Below the pieces are notes generated by a model. It searched no databases and was not told the origin of the DNA. It saw only the letters and a program-made list of their open reading frames with translations. Of a DNA stretch of 64,000 nt, positions 58,708-64,000 are shown one piece after another. Made by a program: the position numbers and the translations under genes. How positions within the stretch are numbered: position 1 is the first letter of the stretch; each line of letters begins with the position of its first letter. Origin of the DNA: Bacteriovoracia bacterium (lineage in GTDB: Bacteria; Bdellovibrionota; UBA1018; JBFWNL01); the NCBI GenBank assembly GCA_050251055.1, contig JBFWNL010000005.1:32001-96000 (forward strand), given 5' to 3'.

Positions 58708-59181
58708 CTAGCCCCAACGGTGGTAGGCGGGGTGGCCTGGCTTTACGGCGACGAAGGTGCCCCGACAAGTCGCGCAGATTTTTCCGCCGGCCGTGAGGGT
58801 GGCGGTGATAACGGCGCGATCGTCGGTGGAACTTTCGACTTTGGCTTCGAGGTGAATCTTCGTATTCGCGGGCGTGGGTCGCAGTAGTTTTACGGCGTAG
58901 TCCGCGGTGACGGTGCACTGGGGTTGGGAAGCGCCCGCGCGGTTCATCAGATGCCATGCCGCCGTCCAGTTGGAATGGCAATCGAGCAGCGCTCCGATGA
59001 TTCCACCGTTGAGCACGCCCGGAAATGCTTCGTGATGAGATTCGGGCTGCCAATCGGCGACGACGAGCTCGCCTTCGGGGAAGCTGCGGATGCGAAGCCC
59101 CTTTTGGTTAGCAGGCCCGCAGCCAAAACAAGCGCTCGTGGGAGCGTACTTTTCCTGCAAGGATGGATCGTTTGGCGTCAT
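58708..59181 (-). CDS. PaaI family thioesterase
   Basis: CFGCGPAN..GL, LNGGIIGALLDCH. Confidence 0.9.
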   Translation of the reverse strand: MTPNDPSLQEKYAPTSACFGCGPANQKGLRIRSFPEGELVVADWQPESHHEAFPGVLNGGIIGALLDCHSNWTAAWHLMNRAGASQPQCTVTADYAVKLLRPTPANTKIHLEAKVESSTDDRAVITATLTAGGKICATCRGTFVAVKPGHPAYHRWG

Positions 59182-59252
59182 GGTTGCCGGTATAGCCTGC
59201 CTGCCCGCGAATGCCCATTGTTTTAAAGGGGGGTGGCGGGTAAACCGGGGAG

Positions 59253-60182
59253 ATGGCTTGCGTAACGATTGATTGCGATTACGTCTATCCCCAGTTCGCC
59301 GGCGCTTACCTGGTGCACGCGGACGGACGCGGCTATTTCGTGGAAAACAACACGGCCCATGCGGTCCCCCGGTTGTTACAGGCCTGCCAGACCTCCGGGG
59401 TTTCTCCGGACGCTGTGGACTTTCTGATCATCACGCATGTGCATCTGGATCACGCGGGGGGAACCTCCACCTTGCTTGCGCACTGTCCAAACGCGACGGT
59501 GCTTGCTCATCCGCGCGCGGCCCGTCACCTCGTCGATCCATCGCGCTTGGTGGGAAGCGCCCGCCAAGTATACGGAGACGCGGTGTTTGAAAAGCTCTAC
59601 GGAAGGGTGGACCCCATTCCCGCCCCGCGCGTGCGGGAAATGACGGATGGGGAACGGCTGACGTGGCAAGGACGCGAGCTTTGTTTTTGGCACACGCGCG
59701 GGCACGCCAATCACCACTTCGTAGTTCACGACGAAAAAGAAGATGCAGTTTTTACGGGCGACGCATTTGGAATCATGTACCCCGCGCTGCAAAAGCACGG
59801 GCTCTTCATCTTTCCTTCGACGAGCCCGACGGACTTCGACGCGGAAGCCGCGCGCGAAGCTGTGCGCAAGATCGTGGGCCTGGGCGCTCGTACGGCCTTG
59901 CTTACGCACTTTGGCGGCCTGACCGCCCAGCGGGAAGCCGCCGACCAGCTGATCGGGCACCTGGACTTCAGCGAGGGGCTCATGCTCGAGGCCGAAAAGT
60001 CAGGGCGATCGGACGAGGAGCTCACGGCTTTTTGCCGCGAGAAGCTGCAGACCCATTTCGTGACGACTTGGGAAGCCACGCGCCCGGCGATGAGTGGGGC
60101 GGAAAGCACGCTATTGAAGTTGGATCTGGATTTGAATGCGGCGGGCCTCGCCTACGCGGCCGTCAAGCGGCGCCAACGCTAA
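59253..60182 (+). CDS. MBL-fold metallo-hydrolase
   Basis: THVHLDHAGG, GHANHH, TGDAFG, THFG. Confidence 0.93.
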   Translation: MACVTIDCDYVYPQFAGAYLVHADGRGYFVENNTAHAVPRLLQACQTSGVSPDAVDFLIITHVHLDHAGGTSTLLAHCPNATVLAHPRAARHLVDPSRLVGSARQVYGDAVFEKLYGRVDPIPAPRVREMTDGERLTWQGRELCFWHTRGHANHHFVVHDEKEDAVFTGDAFGIMYPALQKHGLFIFPSTSPTDFDAEAAREAVRKIVGLGARTALLTHFGGLTAQREAADQLIGHLDFSEGLMLEAEKSGRSDEELTAFCREKLQTHFVTTWEATRPAMSGAESTLLKLDLDLNAAGLAYAAVKRRQR

Positions 60183-60215
60183 CGTCGGTCCACAGACTCA
60201 CGAGACTCACGCTGG

Positions 60216-60956
60216 TTACTCACGAAACGGTTTTTCGCCCGTCTTTTGTTCAAAGCGCTTGGCCCATTCGGTAAGTAAGTCCGGATGTGCCGGTCCAAAA
60301 CCGCAGGGGCCGGCATCGTCGGAAGAACGGTAGGTGGCCTTCGAAGGCGAAGCGCCGTAGTGGCACATGAGGCAATTGTGGAGCGGTACGCGGTTCATCT
60401 GGATGCGCAGATCCCGTCCGCTCGCCGCGCTTTGAAATGCGACCTCGAAAGCAGGGGTGCCGGTGTACCGGTTTAGTTTCAACTTTCTCGGCGTGGCTTC
60501 GCCCAAAAATTCCTCGGGCGAATAGACTCCGAGCGCCCAGCGCCCCTCGGGGAGCAGTCGGGCGGTACGCAATTCATAGACCTGTGGGATCGCGGTTTGG
60601 AATTCCAGAAGGTGAAAAAGCTGGGTGCCGACGGGGTACTCCCAGCGCTCTCCCGTTTCGGTTTGAATGCGCCGGATGGCATGGCCCTTGGGCACGTGGG
60701 CATAGAAACGCTCGCGAAAGGCTTCCATCAGGTTGGCGTGGATGGAAGTCGGCTTATCGTTGATGAGGATGCGTAGGCCGAGCGGGGAAAATAGGAAGCG
60801 TGCAGGTTGGGAGAATTCCACGGTATGCGCGCCTTCTAGAACGCTGAGGGAGATTTCCTCGGGTAGGCCTTCGTAAAGCGGACCGGCCAGAACGAGAGAA
60901 AGGGGGGCGAGAAGCAGGCAACCGGTGACTAACAGGATCTTGAGAATCATTCTCAT
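60216..60956 (-). CDS. exported protein with C-terminal CxxCH, cytochrome P460-like layout
   Basis: Signal peptide, YPVGT, CLMCH near C-terminus. Confidence 0.62.
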   Translation of the reverse strand: MRMILKILLVTGCLLLAPLSLVLAGPLYEGLPEEISLSVLEGAHTVEFSQPARFLFSPLGLRILINDKPTSIHANLMEAFRERFYAHVPKGHAIRRIQTETGERWEYPVGTQLFHLLEFQTAIPQVYELRTARLLPEGRWALGVYSPEEFLGEATPRKLKLNRYTGTPAFEVAFQSAASGRDLRIQMNRVPLHNCLMCHYGASPSKATYRSSDDAGPCGFGPAHPDLLTEWAKRFEQKTGEKPFRE

Positions 60957-61061
60957 TTTTGTTCGCACAGAAGCCTTTGCCCGGCAAGCGGATACCCGGC
61001 AATGACAAGAGGCGTTGACGCTTTTTCAAGAACAGGTCCGCGTCTGGGCTCGTGATCCCGA

Positions 61062-62672
61062 CTATTTTGGCGTCTCGGCGAGTTTTCGCAGCTCCGCGGG
61101 AAACGGCGTCCGCCATTCACGGGATAGGGCGCGCCGCTTTTTGAATGCGAGTTGGGGCGAAACGATGGTCCCTTGCTTTTCCTGGGCGACGGCGATGACC
61201 TTTTTATCTTTGGAAGAAGCCACGATGATGTCGGTAGGCAGCGTGCGTTTGGCGCCAACGGCTTTTAGTTCCGGGATCTCGGTCGGATCCTGCGTCGTTA
61301 GGGCGGTGAGATAGCCGCGGGCGTCGAACACGAGCTGAGCGTCTTTCGGCACGAGTTTTTTGGTCCACTCATCCAGTAAGTCGAGCGTCCCCGTGCGTAG
61401 CATCGGGGGAGCCAGCGGTGTTTTTAGCGTGTTCATGAAACGACGGACCTGGCCCGTGGTGAGGCCAGGCTCTTCGGATTTCATCACCGCCACGGCCGCG
61501 GCCAAAAATGCGGCCGCGGTGGACGAGCCGTCGAAGCTTTCTCCGTTCGTGAAGCGCACGCGGGCGCCGTCGATAGAGACTTCGGGCTTTACGCGTCCGT
61601 CGGCAGTGGGGCCGATGGAGGAAACCCCGGTAAAATCACCGACGGTAATCACCGTGGGGTTGTCCGCCGGAGCCATGATCTCGCTCGTTTCGGAACGATC
61701 GTGGAAAATAACGGCGTCCTGCTTGTCGGATTTCAAGAGCACGCGCAAGCGGTCCATGGATTCGAAATGGTTGGATTTTGCGCGCACTTGGATTCGATAG
61801 TTACCGCGATTGAGATTCACGAGCTGGACGGTTTCGCGGGCGTGACTCGAAAGCTTGGCGTTATCCGGCGAGGCGTTGGGATCGTCCTTGGCTTTCGGAG
61901 CCTCTCCCCGCTGGATCAGTTCGCCGGATCCGACGAGTTGGTCCTTTTCGTCGTAAACGAATACATCGAGATCCTTGGCGGTATTATAAGCCTCGTCATC
62001 TTTGAAGTCGCTCCAGCTCAGGCTGATATTCACGGTGTTCTCGTCGAGCAGATTCTGGAAGCGCAGGTGATCCCGCACCCCGAACTGCACGACGTCGCCC
62101 TTGAGCTGGCGTTTGATTGCGGCGTTGTGCACCATCGCGCCGTGGTTGCCGGAGGCATTGATCCAAATCACGCCCGCCGCGGTGGCGCGGCTCACCTGGG
62201 CATTAATAAAACCCTTGCCGTCGAAGTTACTACCGAACGGCCAGACCTGGCTGTAGAGCACGACGTCGATTTTGTGTTCGATCACGTAATCGATTGCGGC
62301 TTTAAGATTCGAGAATCCGTTGGTGTTGATGAGATAGAATTCGGGGCCGGTCTCGCGCTTGCCGGTGAGCCCCCAAATGACTTGGGCCATCCCGGTACCG
62401 TGCGTGGTTTGGCCGGCGGGGAACTGGGTGAGGTTCAATAGCTGGGCGTTGTCGGGCAGCAAACCCTTGCCGGTTTCGAAGCCGCCGAAGCCGTTGTCGA
62501 GCACGGCGACTTTCACGTGCTTCAGCTTCTCGGCGTTCGCATAGGCGCGCAGGCCCAGGTTGTTACGCAGACGCTCGCGGTCCATGATCTCGTTTGCCGC
62601 CAGCGCCTTTACCGCGAAGGCCAGAGCCATTGAAACCGCCAAGATGCTGAGGATCCACTTTTTCATAAACAT
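61062..62672 (-). CDS. exported S8 subtilase-family peptidase
   Basis: VAVLDNG, THGTGMA, NASGN, KPEV, GSSTAAA. Confidence 0.85.
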   Translation of the reverse strand: MFMKKWILSILAVSMALAFAVKALAANEIMDRERLRNNLGLRAYANAEKLKHVKVAVLDNGFGGFETGKGLLPDNAQLLNLTQFPAGQTTHGTGMAQVIWGLTGKRETGPEFYLINTNGFSNLKAAIDYVIEHKIDVVLYSQVWPFGSNFDGKGFINAQVSRATAAGVIWINASGNHGAMVHNAAIKRQLKGDVVQFGVRDHLRFQNLLDENTVNISLSWSDFKDDEAYNTAKDLDVFVYDEKDQLVGSGELIQRGEAPKAKDDPNASPDNAKLSSHARETVQLVNLNRGNYRIQVRAKSNHFESMDRLRVLLKSDKQDAVIFHDRSETSEIMAPADNPTVITVGDFTGVSSIGPTADGRVKPEVSIDGARVRFTNGESFDGSSTAAAFLAAAVAVMKSEEPGLTTGQVRRFMNTLKTPLAPPMLRTGTLDLLDEWTKKLVPKDAQLVFDARGYLTALTTQDPTEIPELKAVGAKRTLPTDIIVASSKDKKVIAVAQEKQGTIVSPQLAFKKRRALSREWRTPFPAELRKLAETPK

Positions 62673-62698
62673 AGCCAACTTCCTTCGTGAGCGAGAAC

Positions 62699-62747
62699 GA
62701 GGCTCCCCTTGACGGAGAAGATTAGGCCCCCGACGTCGGGGAGCCTC
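62699..62747 (-). other. intergenic stem-loop between precursor and protease genes
   Basis: Perfect 10-bp inverted repeat gaggctcccc/ggggagcctc, no clear U-tract. Confidence 0.65.
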
Positions 62748-62763
62748 TCTCACTCAGACCTGA

Positions 62764-63246
62764 TTACCACCAACCGCGATAGCAGTTACTGTAACGGGGA
62801 TAATAGTACGTGTAGCTATATCCCGAGTAACGGTAGCTGTAGCTCGGATAGTAGTAGTAGGTGTAGCCATAGCTGCCACGGTAGTAATTGTACGAGTAAT
62901 AGTTTCCGCAACTATTACGATAGTAGTTACCGTAGTTGTAGCCGCCGGAGTAACTCCAGCGGTGCCACGACTCATCTGACGTGACCTTGTCCAGCTCCGT
63001 GCCGTCGGTCACGTTCATCAGGTTCTCTTTCTTCACGTGAGACATGGCGTTCATGGCGGCCTTTTCGTCCGTCACGACCTTCATGTCCTTAGCGAGATAG
63101 ATTTCCTGATGACCCGAGACGTCCTCGCGGACCACGAGACCTTGAGGGGCGTCTTTGCCATCAGCAGGAGCGGTGGGATCAAGCTCACCCGCGGATGCGC
63201 TGAGCGCGCCCACGGCAAACATCATCAATGCGATGTGCTTAATCAC
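62764..63246 (-). CDS. secreted precursor with acidic pro-region and Tyr-rich C-terminus
   Basis: GGAGG RBS, signal peptide ending ASA, 26 Tyr in the last 67 residues by manual count. Confidence 0.85.
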   Translation of the reverse strand: MIKHIALMMFAVGALSASAGELDPTAPADGKDAPQGLVVREDVSGHQEIYLAKDMKVVTDEKAAMNAMSHVKKENLMNVTDGTELDKVTSDESWHRWSYSGGYNYGNYYRNSCGNYYSYNYYRGSYGYTYYYYPSYSYRYSGYSYTYYYPRYSNCYRGWW

Positions 63247-63466
63247 GATGTGCCTCCTAGTTACTCACCCATAAAACCCCCGCCGCTTGCGCAGTGGGGT
63301 GAAGGGCACTGGGTGAGGTTCAGTGCTCTCAGACTAGGTTCTGAAGATCGCTTGGAGCGTGAGCGTGTGCCCCGTTCGTTTAGGCGCACGGGGTAGCGCC
63401 TGGGCGGACTGAAGGATGATTCAAGTCCGTCCGACTCCAAAAAAAATCCAGAACGGAGGGCTGTTC

Positions 63467-63482
63467 AGCAAGGGGTGTACCA
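63467..63482 (-). promoter_or_regulatory. sigma54 promoter upstream of the Tyr-rich precursor
   Basis: Minus strand TGGTAC-ACCCC-TTGCT, GG-N10-GC. Confidence 0.65.
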
Positions 63483-63643
63483 GGGAGGTGGGCTAGGTGA
63501 GCGGCGCGTTGTGTTTTTTGACTTTGAAATAACTGAGATTTTTTAGGCAGTCTGCACGCAAGCGGGATGCATTGGAGCCAAAAAAGAATAGCCGATTTTT
63601 TTTATCGGAGACAAAATGGGCAATGCTGCGAATACAAAGTGGC

Positions 63644-64000
63644 TTAGCTTGCGCGGATCACGATTCCAGTGATCGAGTAGCTACCGCAAGTCGGTGAACC
63701 CGTCACCGTCACCGTGAGGTTGTTGCCGTCCAACGTGCCCGATAGTGTCAGCGCGCCCGTGCAGGTACTGGGGGCGGTGAGGGTGATCGTGCCGGTAACG
63801 GAGTTGCCGGATTTAGTGGCGGTGATCGTGCCCTGATAGGTGATGTTCCCCGTTGTCGTGACGGCGGTGTAAGTTCCGGTGGTGGTGCTACCTGATTCCG
63901 TCATCGCAAACTGCGCAGTCGCGCTTTGGCCGGTGGCGCCGCCGATGGTTCCGGTCAAGGTACCCGTGAAGGTTCCGGTCAGCCCCTTTCCACAAGAGGT
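63644..64000 (-). CDS. Thr/Gly-rich beta-strand lipoprotein, 5'-truncated by window edge
   Basis: Frame open to the edge, begins ...TSCGKG. Confidence 0.6.
   Translation of the reverse strand, partial: TSCGKGLTGTFTGTLTGTIGGATGQSATAQFAMTESGSTTTGTYTAVTTTGNITYQGTITATKSGNSVTGTITLTAPSTCTGALTLSGTLDGNNLTVTVTGSPTCGSYSITGIVIRAS

Noticed and set aside
60190-60225. Short actcac repeats between convergent genes
   Set aside because: Too short and irregular to separate from chance
63300-63460. c-di-GMP-I riboswitch
   Set aside because: Only a cctaaac element is present on the minus strand; the GCAAA/GAAA/GACGCAAAGC core is missing

Overview
GC-rich (roughly 60% by eye), gene-dense bacterial chromosome segment. 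Gene content (TIGR02147-type protein, pilin-like protein, many secreted hypotheticals, FliA- and sigma54-type promoters) suggests Bdellovibrionota/Oligoflexia, which is an inference. Housekeeping blocks are hppA, livKHMGF, xylFGH-type sugar ABC, proBAC-terC-fumC, a gluQ-like gene, PTPS+SDR, MFS, radical SAM, PaaI and MBL. No rRNA, tRNA, CRISPR array, integrase or transposase was seen. Two candidate undescribed systems stand out. (1) 36.3-46.0 kb: a five-gene operon with two paralogous, signal-peptide-bearing dikinases whose domain order (phospho-His domain, then C-terminal ATP-grasp) matches glucan,water dikinases. Each lies downstream of an exported FGE/C-type-lectin-fold protein, one of which also has a degenerate HAD domain, and a 952-aa lipoprotein gene lies divergent. 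(2) 57.9-63.5 kb: two apparently homologous exported precursors with a shared pro-region and extremely Tyr-rich C-termini, flanking a subtilase and a CxxCH heme protein, with a sigma54-type promoter and an intergenic stem. All calls come from reading motifs by eye; no database searches were run.
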